Source: an uncultured Gammaproteobacteria bacterium
GTDB taxonomy: Bacteria > Pseudomonadota > Gammaproteobacteria > Steroidobacterales > SZUA-146
DNA length: 64,000 nucleotides
Assembly: GCA_963922815.1 (NCBI GenBank)
Contig: CAWUKD010000003.1
Coordinates: 1,718-65,717 of the forward strand
Direction of reading: 5' to 3'
Shown: positions 28,784 through 39,081 of the stretch, one piece after another
Layout: each line of letters opens with the position of its first letter
Position numbering within the stretch: the first letter of the stretch is position 1
Made by a program: the position numbers and the translations under genes
Notes under the pieces: model-generated
Seen by the model: only the letters and a program-made list of their open reading frames with translations
The model's database searches: none
What the model was told of the DNA's origin: nothing

Positions 28784-31528
28784 TCAGCCAGCTGATTTAT
28801 CCATGATCGCCAGGTTAATTGGAACGCCCGTCAGGAATGTTTCTCGTCTGTTCGCGTCATGTATCGACTCGGACTTGCGAATGACCTCGGCACGCGCCCT
28901 GGCAAAGTACGACGTGGCCTCCTGCTCTTTTCCTGCTGCGTGTAACACGCGCCCATAGTGAAACAAAATTTCTTCCTGTCGCAGCGCAGGCATCTGGCCT
29001 TCGGATTCTACCAGCTCGATGGCTTCTTTCCCGAACAGCAGCGCGGCATCGACATTACCAATTCGCAGCTGATATCGACTCATCAGACTCAGTGCCATCA
29101 CTTCACTGCGCACCAAACCGGACTCTCTGGATTTGGTAATACTTCGATACAGCACGCTGAACGCCTTGTCCGATTCAAACGGCGTTACGGCCTCGTCGAT
29201 CAAATACTCAGCGTACTGGTTTCGCACCAGCGACACGAGATCCTCCTGATCCAGCTTTTCACTCAGCACCTCACCGCGTGCCAGCCATTTTTGAGCGTTA
29301 CCTACATCGCGTTTTTCCAGGTAAAGCTTGCCGAGCAACGCCATATTGCAGGCAATCCATGGATGACTCAGATCCTTTTTATTCGTCTTGGTAACGCCGT
29401 CCAGCAATATTTGTTCAGCCTCATCAAACCTTCCTTCGACGATGAGTAATTGCGACAGGTAGTTTTGCGCCTGAATCAGGTCGTTCTCCATTTGCATGTC
29501 GAGCAATCCATCGAATCCCTTTCGAAGATAGTCCTCCGCAACATCAAACTCGCCGCTATCGAATTCTCCTACTCCGACGTAAACCAGCAAGAGATTAAAG
29601 TAACGCTTAACATCTACCGAATCGGCGTCCTTCATGGCAGGCGCCAGCTCTTTCTCATACACCTCCAGAGCCTGTCTTCGCACGGTCAGGCTTTCACGAA
29701 GATTCTCCTTTGCCAGTTGACTACCCAGTTGCAGCATGGTGAAAACCAGGGTCGTTGGGTCGTCGACCTGTTCGGCAATATGTACCGCTTCGCGAAGATG
29801 GCCCATCGCTTTGGCCGTCTCGCCAATACCGACCAGCAGATGGCCGTGCAATGCCTTGAGGTTGGCAAGTGCGATGGTGTCTTCCAGTTCGGCAGCAACT
29901 CTTTCTGCCGTGGATGCCACATCAATGCGTTTCAGGCGATTTTCGCGGTCCCCGGACCCTTTGGCAGCCAGCAGCAGCAGCAATGACAACTCAACCGTCA
30001 GCCGTGACGTCTGGTCACCGTCAGAAAGCTGCTGCAGCGATGCGAGACCTTTGTGACACAGATTCACGGCCTCCTGAACAGCACCATCCTTATACGAGGA
30101 TCTTGCCGCAATACGATAAAAATCTGCCGCGGATTCGTGTTGTAGCCCCTGCTCAAAATGATGCGCAATGTCGATCAGAAGCTTGCGAGGAGCGCGGCCC
30201 TTGTCATGCCAGGTTTGCTGCAGAGCTTCGGCGACTTCCTGATGATAGAGAATTTTCTGACGTGGCGTTAATCTCGCATAAAGAGCCTGGTGCAGCAGAA
30301 CGTGTTCAAACATATAAAGCTCAGACTTGTTCTGCACCCAGTCTTCGCCATCCTGCACCGAAATGAGATTGTGCCGGTCTCGAACCCGGCGAAGCCGCGT
30401 GAGGACATCGTGTTCGCGACTGTCCAGCAGTCTGGCAAGCACAACGGAGAGAAACTTTGGTCCCTGTACGGCGCCAATCTCCAGCAGCTCTCTTTCATCA
30501 TCCAGAAGCTGGGAAATGCGCTGTTCGACCAGGGCCTCGACGCTTTCAGGCACAGGCAGCGCAGCCAGCTCACCCTGAACGGACCACTCTTCGCCATCGA
30601 CTGATATTTCTCCTGCGAGTTTGAAGTGTCCATCTTTGGTACTGACGATCTTTTCAAGTTCCAGCAGACTCAGGTATTGCTCGACGAACATGGGATGACC
30701 CGATGAGATATGCATTAACCAGCCAATAAACTCATCCGGCACGTGTGGCCCGTATCGTTTCTTCGTGTACCGCTCAACTTCGGCTCTTGGCAGCACGTTC
30801 AGCTGTATATTATTCGCGTGGCCACGTGTCACAGCTTCCAGAATTGCGGCGCGAAGCCGATGGTTTTCGCCAACGTGAGTGGCTCGGTACGTAACCACCA
30901 GGACCACGTTCTGAGACAGAATTTTGGGAATCAGCCGGCGCACTAACTGGCAGGACGTCTCGTCAATCCAGTGCGCGTCTTCAACCATGAGTACGAGCAC
31001 ATCATGCTCTTGCGCGATTCTCGCCACCGTATTGCAATACTGTGTGGACATGGTCTCGATCTGCTCTTCCGCACTCTTCTTCAACAGCAGCTCGCTGGTC
31101 AGTTTCGCGGTTCTGTATGTCGCGCCAATGGTAGAGCCCACAAAAGGAATGACCTGCAGCCAGTCGGCTGCCGTTTCAGACGCAATTTTCTTAAGCAGGT
31201 TACCGGAGTCCGGTTTGAGGTTCTTGGTCGCCAGCGTCTCAAATATCTCGAGCAAAGGCTGATAGGCGCTGGTTTCGCCCGTTTGTTCGTAGCAGTAGCC
31301 AATCGCCACATTCTCGTGAGTACACAGACCTTGCGCTACCGCCTCACTGATGGCCTCTGCGACAAGTGAGGACTTACCGATCCCTGGCGGACCGTCCAGG
31401 AAAACCGTGCTGCCCTGCTGGTTTCGGGCTTGCCCTATGCGCGCCACAAGATCTTTGATCTCTTGCTCTCTGCCAACGTATAGCGAATCACCCACGACTA
31501 CCCCCCTTCTCTTTACGATTGCGCGCAC
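28784..31528 (-). CDS. AAA_16-type P-loop NTPase with long C-terminal TPR/helical-repeat region (STAND-like, no recognisable output domain)
   Basis: 914 aa. It has Walker A GPPGIGKSS near residue 46, a Walker-B-like VLVLMVEDAHWID, the VTYR segment typical of AAA_16, and then about 600 aa of TPR-like repeats. The gap to folB is 13 nt. Confidence 0.8.
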   Translation of the reverse strand: MRAIVKRRGVVVGDSLYVGREQEIKDLVARIGQARNQQGSTVFLDGPPGIGKSSLVAEAISEAVAQGLCTHENVAIGYCYEQTGETSAYQPLLEIFETLATKNLKPDSGNLLKKIASETAADWLQVIPFVGSTIGATYRTAKLTSELLLKKSAEEQIETMSTQYCNTVARIAQEHDVLVLMVEDAHWIDETSCQLVRRLIPKILSQNVVLVVTYRATHVGENHRLRAAILEAVTRGHANNIQLNVLPRAEVERYTKKRYGPHVPDEFIGWLMHISSGHPMFVEQYLSLLELEKIVSTKDGHFKLAGEISVDGEEWSVQGELAALPVPESVEALVEQRISQLLDDERELLEIGAVQGPKFLSVVLARLLDSREHDVLTRLRRVRDRHNLISVQDGEDWVQNKSELYMFEHVLLHQALYARLTPRQKILYHQEVAEALQQTWHDKGRAPRKLLIDIAHHFEQGLQHESAADFYRIAARSSYKDGAVQEAVNLCHKGLASLQQLSDGDQTSRLTVELSLLLLLAAKGSGDRENRLKRIDVASTAERVAAELEDTIALANLKALHGHLLVGIGETAKAMGHLREAVHIAEQVDDPTTLVFTMLQLGSQLAKENLRESLTVRRQALEVYEKELAPAMKDADSVDVKRYFNLLLVYVGVGEFDSGEFDVAEDYLRKGFDGLLDMQMENDLIQAQNYLSQLLIVEGRFDEAEQILLDGVTKTNKKDLSHPWIACNMALLGKLYLEKRDVGNAQKWLARGEVLSEKLDQEDLVSLVRNQYAEYLIDEAVTPFESDKAFSVLYRSITKSRESGLVRSEVMALSLMSRYQLRIGNVDAALLFGKEAIELVESEGQMPALRQEEILFHYGRVLHAAGKEQEATSYFARARAEVIRKSESIHDANRRETFLTGVPINLAIMDKSAG

Positions 31529-31681
31529 TGATTTCCAGGCGCCGTAAAATCTGGCTTATGGTGTATTAGTGGCCACCGACCAACCGTCGAAACGCGTGGT
31601 CGGGTCCTGTTTGCACCAGCTTGAATCCCAAGCATAGATCACTTGGCGGACAAAAACCGGGCCGATGAGCCTGTATGCCGC

Positions 31682-31722
31682 GACCGGGCGCTGCTTTACA
31701 GAAGCGCGCCGGGTCTTTGTTT
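31682..31722 (+). terminator. Orphan intrinsic-terminator-like hairpin + U-tract on the plus strand
   Basis: GACCgGGCGC..(inner GCTT/AAGC)..GCGCCgGGTC gives about 13 bp with one mismatch and one bulge, followed by TTTGTTT. Both flanking genes are on the minus strand. Confidence 0.5.
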
Positions 31723-31841
31723 ACGGAAATCCAGGGTTCTCGCTCAACGCCAATAAGCGGGCAAAGCCGGTCGCGTCAGCTACAGGTCATGATGAAGGGC
31801 CACGAAAACGCCCGGCGTTTCCGGCAATAGATCGAGTGGTG

Positions 31842-33419
31842 TTATTCCCACTCGATCGTGGCAGGAGGCTTGCTGGAAATATCGTAGGTCACGCGACTGA
31901 CGCCGTCTACTTCGTTGATGATGCGGCGAGAAACGTGTTCCAGAAATTCATACGGCAGGCGCGAACAGTGCGCCGTCATAAAATCAATGGTATTGACGCT
32001 GCGCAACGAGATGACCCATTCGTAGCGACGATAGTCGCCGACAACTCCAACCGATCTGACCGGCAGGAAAACCGCAAACGCCTGGCTCACCTCGTCATAC
32101 AAACCATGGGCCCGCAGTTCACTAATAAATATGTGATCCGCTCGTCGCAATATATCGGCAAATTCCGCTTTGACCTCGCCAAGAATACGCACGCCAAGTC
32201 CGGGACCTGGAAATGGATGCCGCATAACCATTTCCTGAGGCAGGCCCAGTTCCAGGCCCAACCGGCGCACTTCATCCTTGAACAGCTCACGAAGCGGCTC
32301 CACCAGCTTCAGATTCATTTTCTCCGGCAGACCGCCGACGTTGTGGTGAGACTTGATCACTTTGGCTTTACCTGTTTTGGATCCGGCCGATTCAATCACA
32401 TCCGGATAGATCGTTCCTTGAGCAAGCCATTTAACGCCGTCAATTTTCTTCGCTTCTTCGTCAAAAACCTCAATGAAGCAGCGCCCGATCACTTTGCGTT
32501 TGTCTTCCGGATCGGTTACGCCGGCAAGTTCGCCGAAGAAACGTTCGCTGGCATCAACGCGAATCACTTTAACGCCCATGTTCCTGGCAAACGTTTCCAT
32601 GACCTGGTCGCCTTCCTGGTACCGCAACAATCCGGTATCCACGAAAACGCACGTGAGCTGATCGCCAATAGCGCGAGCGAGCAACGCCGCCACAACCGAC
32701 GAATCGACGCCGCCTGACAGTCCCAGCAGCACATGATCGTCGCCCACCTGCCCGCGGACATGCGTGATGCTGTCTTCAATAATGTTCGCCGGTGTCCACA
32801 GGGCCCGGCATTCGCACAGATCGGTGATGAAACGGGACAGTATTTCCTGGCCCTGTTTGGTATGCGTGACTTCAGGATGAAACTGAACGCCAAAGTATCT
32901 GCGCGACTCATTCCACATGGCCGCAATCGGCGCATTATCCGAACTACCCACGGTAACAAACCCGTCCGGCAGCGCCGTGACCCGATCGCCGTGGCTCATC
33001 CACACATCGAGCGCCGGAGCCTTTGCTGAATCGGAATCGTCAAGCCCGTCGAGCAGTGGACACGACCCGGTGACCGCCAGTTCTGCGTAGCCAAATTCGG
33101 CGTCATGCCCGCCTTCCACGCTACCGCCCAGCTGCGTCGCCATGGTTTGCATGCCGTAGCAAATACCCAGAATCGGCACGCCCGCGCGAAACACGGCTTC
33201 CGGTGCGAACGGCGCATCGTCGCCAATCGCCGATTCCGGTCCGCCCGACAGGATGATCCCGGCCGGAGCAAAATCAACGATATCCTGATCATCGACATCC
33301 CAGGGATGGATTTCACAGTAGACGCCGGCTTCCCTGACGCGTCGCGCGATGAGCTGGGTGTACTGACCGCCGAAATCCAGAATCAGAAGCCGGGATGCGT
33401 GAATATCAGGATGAGTCAT
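31842..33419 (-). CDS. guaA: GMP synthase (glutamine-hydrolysing)
   Basis: 525 aa with a GATase domain (GICYGMQ), the ATP-PPase SGGVDSS motif and the C-terminal ATIEWE. Confidence 0.96.
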   Translation of the reverse strand: MTHPDIHASRLLILDFGGQYTQLIARRVREAGVYCEIHPWDVDDQDIVDFAPAGIILSGGPESAIGDDAPFAPEAVFRAGVPILGICYGMQTMATQLGGSVEGGHDAEFGYAELAVTGSCPLLDGLDDSDSAKAPALDVWMSHGDRVTALPDGFVTVGSSDNAPIAAMWNESRRYFGVQFHPEVTHTKQGQEILSRFITDLCECRALWTPANIIEDSITHVRGQVGDDHVLLGLSGGVDSSVVAALLARAIGDQLTCVFVDTGLLRYQEGDQVMETFARNMGVKVIRVDASERFFGELAGVTDPEDKRKVIGRCFIEVFDEEAKKIDGVKWLAQGTIYPDVIESAGSKTGKAKVIKSHHNVGGLPEKMNLKLVEPLRELFKDEVRRLGLELGLPQEMVMRHPFPGPGLGVRILGEVKAEFADILRRADHIFISELRAHGLYDEVSQAFAVFLPVRSVGVVGDYRRYEWVISLRSVNTIDFMTAHCSRLPYEFLEHVSRRIINEVDGVSRVTYDISSKPPATIEWE

Positions 33420-33430
33420 GCAAGGTGTCC

Positions 33431-34900
33431 TTAGCGGTTGGAGCGATAGTTCGGCGCTTCTTTAGTGATTGTGACGTCATGAACGTGGCTTTCCTGCACG
33501 CCGGCATTGGTGATGCGAACAAAACGAGGCTTGGTGCGCATTTCTTCAATCGTATGACTACCGGTGTACCCCATCGCAGATCGCACCCCGCCGAGCAGCT
33601 GGTGAATGATGCCAAGCAGGGAACCTTTGTACGGCACACGACCTTCAATGCCTTCAGGAACAAGCTTTTCCACTTCGTCCGTTTTGTCCTGGAAGTAGCG
33701 GTCGGAAGAACCGTGTATTTCAGCCATGGCCCCGAGAGACCCCATGCCGCGATACGACTTGTATGAACGTCCCTGAAACAGTTCAACCTGTCCCGGAGAT
33801 TCATCGGTACCGGCAAACAGCCCACCCAGCATGACCGAATGCGCTCCGGCCGCCAGGGCTTTGGCTATGTCGCCCGAGTAGCGAATACCGCCGTCGGCAA
33901 TCAGCGGAATGCCGCTTCGTTCCAGCTCGGCCGCTACATTGGACACGGCAGACACCTGCGGCACGCCCACACCAGCGACCATCCGGGTCGTGCAAATTGA
34001 ACCTGGCCCTATGCCTACCTTCACGGCATTCGCCCCGGCCGTAACCAGCGCGCGCGCCGCCTCGGCCGTCACGATGTTGCCACCTACAATCTGCAGGTCG
34101 CTGTAGGTGCCGCGAATACGCTTGATGGTGTCCAGCACGCCGCGCGTGTGTCCGTGACTGGTGTCAACAATCACCACGTCCACGCCCGCATCGACCAACG
34201 CACCAACGCGATCCATCGTATCCGCGGCGGTACCCACGGCTGCACCCACTCGCAGACTGCCTTCGCTGTCTTTACAGGCGCTTGGGAACTCCGAGGCTTT
34301 TTCAAAATCTTTTACGGTGATCATGCCGCTAAGTTCAAAGTTGTCGTTGACGACCAGCACTTTTTCGATGCGATGCTTGTGCAGCAACGCCAGCACTTCT
34401 TCCTTGGGTGCGTTTTCACTCACGGTGATCAGGTCGTCTTTGCCCGTCATGACGGAAGTGATGGGCACATCCAGCTCGGTTACAAAGCGCAGGTCACGGC
34501 GAGTGACAATACCCACCGTGTCCTTGCCGTCCACTACCGGCAGTCCGGAAATATTGTGCTTGCGGGTCAGCTTCAATACTTCGCGAACGGTATGCTTCGG
34601 TGTGACCGTAATCGGGTCGGTGATGACGCCGCTCTCGAATTTCTTGACCCTGGATACCTCCAGCGCCTGGGCTTCGATCGACATGTTTTTGTGCACAATA
34701 CCGATACCGCCTTCCTGAGCCAGAGCAATGGCCAGGCGTGCCTCGGTCACCGTATCCATGGCCGCGGACAGCAGCGGAACGTTCAGCGAAATATCGGTGG
34801 TGAGCTTGGTAACGAGACTGACATCCCTGGGCAGCACGTCTGAATAGGCGGGCTGAAGCAGGACGTCGTCAAAAGTAAGGGCTTCTTCTTCTAGGCGCAT
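33431..34900 (-). CDS. guaB: IMP dehydrogenase
   Basis: About 489 aa with LTFDDVLL, the catalytic [11 protein letters not shown] loop and CBS pair. I chose the ATG at 34900 instead of the track start at 34939. Confidence 0.96.
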   Translation of the reverse strand: MRLEEEALTFDDVLLQPAYSDVLPRDVSLVTKLTTDISLNVPLLSAAMDTVTEARLAIALAQEGGIGIVHKNMSIEAQALEVSRVKKFESGVITDPITVTPKHTVREVLKLTRKHNISGLPVVDGKDTVGIVTRRDLRFVTELDVPITSVMTGKDDLITVSENAPKEEVLALLHKHRIEKVLVVNDNFELSGMITVKDFEKASEFPSACKDSEGSLRVGAAVGTAADTMDRVGALVDAGVDVVIVDTSHGHTRGVLDTIKRIRGTYSDLQIVGGNIVTAEAARALVTAGANAVKVGIGPGSICTTRMVAGVGVPQVSAVSNVAAELERSGIPLIADGGIRYSGDIAKALAAGAHSVMLGGLFAGTDESPGQVELFQGRSYKSYRGMGSLGAMAEIHGSSDRYFQDKTDEVEKLVPEGIEGRVPYKGSLLGIIHQLLGGVRSAMGYTGSHTIEEMRTKPRFVRITNAGVQESHVHDVTITKEAPNYRSNR

Positions 34901-35112
34901 TTCGATCTCTCCAGTTTCACCCTCCGCGCAAAAGGCCACAGCGGCCAGACGGGGAGAACGAATATGGCGGCCCCGCGCGGCTCAGGCCGCGGACCAACTA
35001 TGGGGAGAATGCGGCGCAGATACGGCGCGCTGCCGGGTAAAATTAGCCCGCGACTATACCCATAAGCACTCATCAGGTAAACCAACCTTTGGCCTTTGCC
35101 TCGCCCCGGAGT

Positions 35113-36498
35113 ATGATGCGCAGGATGGACAAATATGGCCTCAAACCCACACCTGAGCGTAAAGTCCTGAGCGTCAGCCAGCTCAACCGCGAAGCCCGTC
35201 GATTGCTTGAGACCGGGCTTTCCATGACCTGGGTAGAGGGAGAGCTGTCCAACATCGCCCGACCCGCCTCCGGACACTGGTATTTCACCCTCAAGGACCA
35301 GGGCGCGCAGATTCGCTGCGCCATGTTCCGCAACCGCAACCGATATGCGCAAATTGAGCCGAAGGACGGCATGCACGTGGTCGTGCGCGGCCGCGTGAGC
35401 CTCTATGAGGCACGGGGCGACTATCAGCTCATTGCCGAAAACATGCAGGACGCGGGCGTAGGCGCGCTACAGCGCCAGTTTGAAGAGCTCAAACGCCGGC
35501 TCAGCGAAGAAGGTCTGTTTTCCGACGACCACAAAAAGCCGCTGCCCGCGTTACCGGGACGCATCGGCGTGGTCACATCACCGAGCGGCGCGGCGATCAG
35601 AGACATCCTCAACGTACTGAACCGCCGCTTTCCGGGGATTCCGGTGCGCATTTACCCCGTGGCTGTGCAGGGCGAACAGGCGGCCGGGCAGATTGTCAGC
35701 GCCCTGGCGCTGGCCGAAGAGCGTCGGGACTGCGATTTGCTCATTCTGGCGCGCGGTGGCGGCTCTATCGAAGACCTGTGGCCGTTTAATGAAGAAGCCG
35801 TGGCCCGAGCTATTTATCGCTGCGCGATCCCGATTGTTTGCGGTGTCGGCCATGAAACCGACGTTACCATCGCCGACTTTGTTGCCGATTTACGTGCGCC
35901 CACGCCGTCCGCTGCCGCCGAGCTGGTGGTTCCCGACGCCCAGGAATGGATCGCCGGTCTGCAGAGCCTGGGACGCCGCCTGCGGCGCAGCCTGCTCAGT
36001 ACCGTAGGCAATGCCAGCGAGACCTTGCGCTGGCTGGCTGGCCGCCATCATCAGGTGCGCCCGGAGCGCCAGATTGCACAGCACCTGCTGCGCCTCGATG
36101 ACCTCGAGGGAAGACTGCGCTCACTGATCAGAATCCAGTTGTCGGAGCGGGCACAGCGTATTTCACGCCTGACGACCCGACTGGACTCGCGCTCCCCGGA
36201 ACAGGCGCTGCTGCGGCTGTCCTCCTCGCTTGAGCGAGCCGGACACCGGCTGGGTCAGGCGATTCGGAGGCAAACGGAACACGCCGAAACACGCCTCCAG
36301 CTCGCGTCGGCCAAGCTCAACAGCGTAGGGCCCCAGGCAACGCTCGAACGCGGCTATGCGATTGTCATGCGGGGCGACGAACTCATGAGCGACGCGTCAC
36401 GACTATCCAGCGGTGATGAAGTCACCATGCGATTTGCAGAAGGTATGGCCGAGGCGAGCGTGACCCGCGTCGGAAGCAGGAAAGGCAAGAAAACCTGA
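35113..36498 (+). CDS. xseA: Exodeoxyribonuclease VII large subunit
   Basis: It has an OB-fold N-terminus (VLSVSQLN...VEGELSN) and the catalytic region (VVTSPSGAAIRD, RGGGS). It is divergent from guaBA as in E. coli. The start is ambiguous among ATG 35113, 35116 and 35125. Confidence 0.9.
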   Translation: MMRRMDKYGLKPTPERKVLSVSQLNREARRLLETGLSMTWVEGELSNIARPASGHWYFTLKDQGAQIRCAMFRNRNRYAQIEPKDGMHVVVRGRVSLYEARGDYQLIAENMQDAGVGALQRQFEELKRRLSEEGLFSDDHKKPLPALPGRIGVVTSPSGAAIRDILNVLNRRFPGIPVRIYPVAVQGEQAAGQIVSALALAEERRDCDLLILARGGGSIEDLWPFNEEAVARAIYRCAIPIVCGVGHETDVTIADFVADLRAPTPSAAAELVVPDAQEWIAGLQSLGRRLRRSLLSTVGNASETLRWLAGRHHQVRPERQIAQHLLRLDDLEGRLRSLIRIQLSERAQRISRLTTRLDSRSPEQALLRLSSSLERAGHRLGQAIRRQTEHAETRLQLASAKLNSVGPQATLERGYAIVMRGDELMSDASRLSSGDEVTMRFAEGMAEASVTRVGSRKGKKT

Positions 36499-36696
36499 CG
36501 GGAATGCGCCCTTCAATAAGGGCAGCAGTGAACGGCGTCCGCGAACGCAGTATCAGACTACGGCTATCGGACGTCCAGCGGCCTGCCAACAATCCGTTTC
36601 GCCGGCCAGTGTCCACGGGAGGGTTGATCGCGAGACCTTCGGCGCCATGACTCGCGTCATGACCAAAACACCAGAACATTATTCAGGAGTAGCACG

Positions 36697-38886
36697 TTGC
36701 AGCATCCAAACCGAATAACCACCGCATTGACAACCCTGGCACTTCTTTGTGCGTGTGGACAGAGTGACCCCGGACAGCCTGCACCCGCCAGCGAAACCGC
36801 GCATCAGCAAACGGCAAGCGAGGCCTCCGGCGCGAAAACTTCGACTGGCGTTAGTGCCCGCACCATTATTCAGGCCAACGACACCCCGGGAGAATGGCTG
36901 ACACATGGCCGCACCTATTCGGAGCAGCGCCATTCTCCGCTGGATGCCATTACTACCGGGAACGTCAGCAACCTAGGGCTCGACTGGTCGTTTGATCTCG
37001 GCGTTAGCCGCGGTATTGAGGCCACGCCGATTGTTCATGATGGCGTCATGTACGTCACCGCCACCTGGAACAAGGTTTACGCGCTCAACGCCAGAACCGG
37101 AGAACTGATCTGGTCGTACGATCCCGAGGTCGACAAATCGCGCGGCCAGTACCTGTGCTGTGATGCCGTCAACCGCGGAGTCGCGCTGTGGGGCAACCAG
37201 ATATTCACCGGGACGATCGACGGCCGCCTGATCGCACTCGACAAAAATACCGGAAAGGAAAACTGGGACATTCTCACGGTGGACCTGTCTTTGCCCTATT
37301 CCATTACCGGCGCTCCCCGCGTCATCAAAGGCAAGGTTGTCATTGGTAACGGCGGCGCCGAATTCGGCGTTCGTGGGTACGTGTCGGCTTATGACGCCGA
37401 CACCGGCGACATGGCCTGGCGTTTTTACACCGTACCCGGCAACCCGGCCGACGGATTTGAAAACGACGCCATGAAAATGGCCGCCGACAGCTGGAACGGC
37501 GAATGGTGGAAAGCCGGTGGAGGCGGTACCGCCTGGGACTCCATGGCCTATGACCCCCAGCTGGATTTACTGTACATCGGTGTAGGCAATGGCTCGCCGT
37601 GGAATCACGAACTGCGCAGTCCGGGAGGCGGTGACAACCTGTTTCTGTCGTCGATCGTTGCGGTGAAACCCGACACCGGCGAGTACGTCTGGCACTACCA
37701 GACGACGCCCGGCGAAACGTGGGACTACACCGCTACGCAGCACATGATTCTGGCTGACCTTGAGATTGACGGCGCCACTCGCAAAGTCATTATGCAGGCA
37801 CCCAAGAACGGCTTTTTCTACGTCATCGACCGTGAAAACGGTGAGTTTCTCTCAGCCAGTAATTTTGTGCCCGTAAACTGGGCCACACATATCGACGTTG
37901 AATCCGGACGCCCCGTCGAAGTGGCCGATGCACGCTGGCCCGGAAAGAAACCCTACTTCCAGCTCCCGGGACCTTTTGGAGGCCACAACTGGCACCCGAT
38001 GGCTTTCAACCCGCAAACGGGCCTTGTGTATATCCCGGCCAATGAGGTTCCGTTCGCCTACAGCGACGATCCTCAGTACAACTATCAGGTAGGCAAATGG
38101 AATACCGGCGCCAACCTTGGCCTCGCGTCCCTGCCGTCTGATGCCGCCACGTTCAAGGCCGTCCGCGCCATGCTCAAAGGTCGCATCGTGGCCTGGGATC
38201 CCGTCAAACAGGAGGCCGCGTGGTCGTTCGAACACAAAGCCCCGTGGAACGGCGGCATGCTATCAACCTCGGGCGGGCTGGTTTTTCAGGGCACCGCCGA
38301 CGCACATTTCGCGGCGTATGACGCAGCCACCGGTGAGCAGCTCTGGAAGTACTTCACCCAGACCGGCATTGTGGCGGCGCCCATAAGCTATGCGCTGGAC
38401 GGTGAACAATATATTGCCGTCGCCTCGGGCTGGGGCGGCTCGTTTGCGCTGGGCTACGGCGGCGTCATCGCGACGGAAAGTGCGCCCAAGGTTGGCCGCG
38501 TGCTCACCTTCAAACTCGGTGCCAGTGCCAGCCTGCCTGAACTGCCGGAAACGCTGGTCAGTCTTCCGACGCCGCCTCCGGCCACCGCGTCTGCAGACGT
38601 TGTTGCCAGGGGTGCGCAGGCTTACATGGTCTACTGCGTGACCTGCCACGGCGATCACGCGCAATCTTACGGATCAGTTCCGAATCTGCGCCACTCCGCG
38701 TTTCTGCAATCAGAGACAGCCTGGAACAGCGTCGTACGGGAAGGCGCGCTGACAGAGCGCGGCATGGGTAACTTCGGAGAGTTTCTGGATACTGAAACGT
38801 CGAACGCCGTTCGTGCATTCGTCATCTCGGAGGCGAACAGTGAACGCGGCGCCGACTTCTATCAGGACGCCAGACCGCAACAGTAG
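36697..38886 (+). CDS. Quinohemoprotein (type II) PQQ-dependent alcohol dehydrogenase with C-terminal cytochrome c domain
   Basis: 729 aa. It has an eight-bladed PQQ propeller with the vicinal CC (QYLCCDAVNRG) and W-docking repeats, and a C-terminal CVTCHG heme c motif. The start is TTG, preceded by AGGAG at 36684-36688. The N-terminus looks like a signal or lipobox sequence (LALLCACG). Confidence 0.88.
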   Translation: MQHPNRITTALTTLALLCACGQSDPGQPAPASETAHQQTASEASGAKTSTGVSARTIIQANDTPGEWLTHGRTYSEQRHSPLDAITTGNVSNLGLDWSFDLGVSRGIEATPIVHDGVMYVTATWNKVYALNARTGELIWSYDPEVDKSRGQYLCCDAVNRGVALWGNQIFTGTIDGRLIALDKNTGKENWDILTVDLSLPYSITGAPRVIKGKVVIGNGGAEFGVRGYVSAYDADTGDMAWRFYTVPGNPADGFENDAMKMAADSWNGEWWKAGGGGTAWDSMAYDPQLDLLYIGVGNGSPWNHELRSPGGGDNLFLSSIVAVKPDTGEYVWHYQTTPGETWDYTATQHMILADLEIDGATRKVIMQAPKNGFFYVIDRENGEFLSASNFVPVNWATHIDVESGRPVEVADARWPGKKPYFQLPGPFGGHNWHPMAFNPQTGLVYIPANEVPFAYSDDPQYNYQVGKWNTGANLGLASLPSDAATFKAVRAMLKGRIVAWDPVKQEAAWSFEHKAPWNGGMLSTSGGLVFQGTADAHFAAYDAATGEQLWKYFTQTGIVAAPISYALDGEQYIAVASGWGGSFALGYGGVIATESAPKVGRVLTFKLGASASLPELPETLVSLPTPPPATASADVVARGAQAYMVYCVTCHGDHAQSYGSVPNLRHSAFLQSETAWNSVVREGALTERGMGNFGEFLDTETSNAVRAFVISEANSERGADFYQDARPQQ

Positions 38887-38940
38887 GTACGGTTTTACGC
38901 ACGGTCACTCAGCCTGGCCCACATCTTGGCGAGCTTGCGA

Positions 38941-38967
38941 GCAACACGGCCGGTGTCGGCCGGTTGC
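38941..38967. other. GC-rich hairpin between convergent ADH and symporter genes (possible terminator, no U-tract)
   Basis: GCAAC-a-CGGCCG-gtgt-CGGCCG-GTTGC. Confidence 0.35.
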
Positions 38968-39081
38968 TCGCAGCGCCAATGCTCTGTCACACCGGGCAGC
39001 CCGGATGTTTAATTAGCAGTGCGGCTTCAGCGCGAGTTCTTAAAACCCGCCACCCGTCAGTACTGCCAACTGATCCGCACG

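Noticed and set aside
31665-32717. 350-aa plus-strand ORF
   Set aside because: It is entirely antisense to guaA, whose minus-strand translation has unmistakable GMP synthase motifs. Its Arg/His/Phe-rich composition is typical of a shadow ORF in GC-rich DNA.
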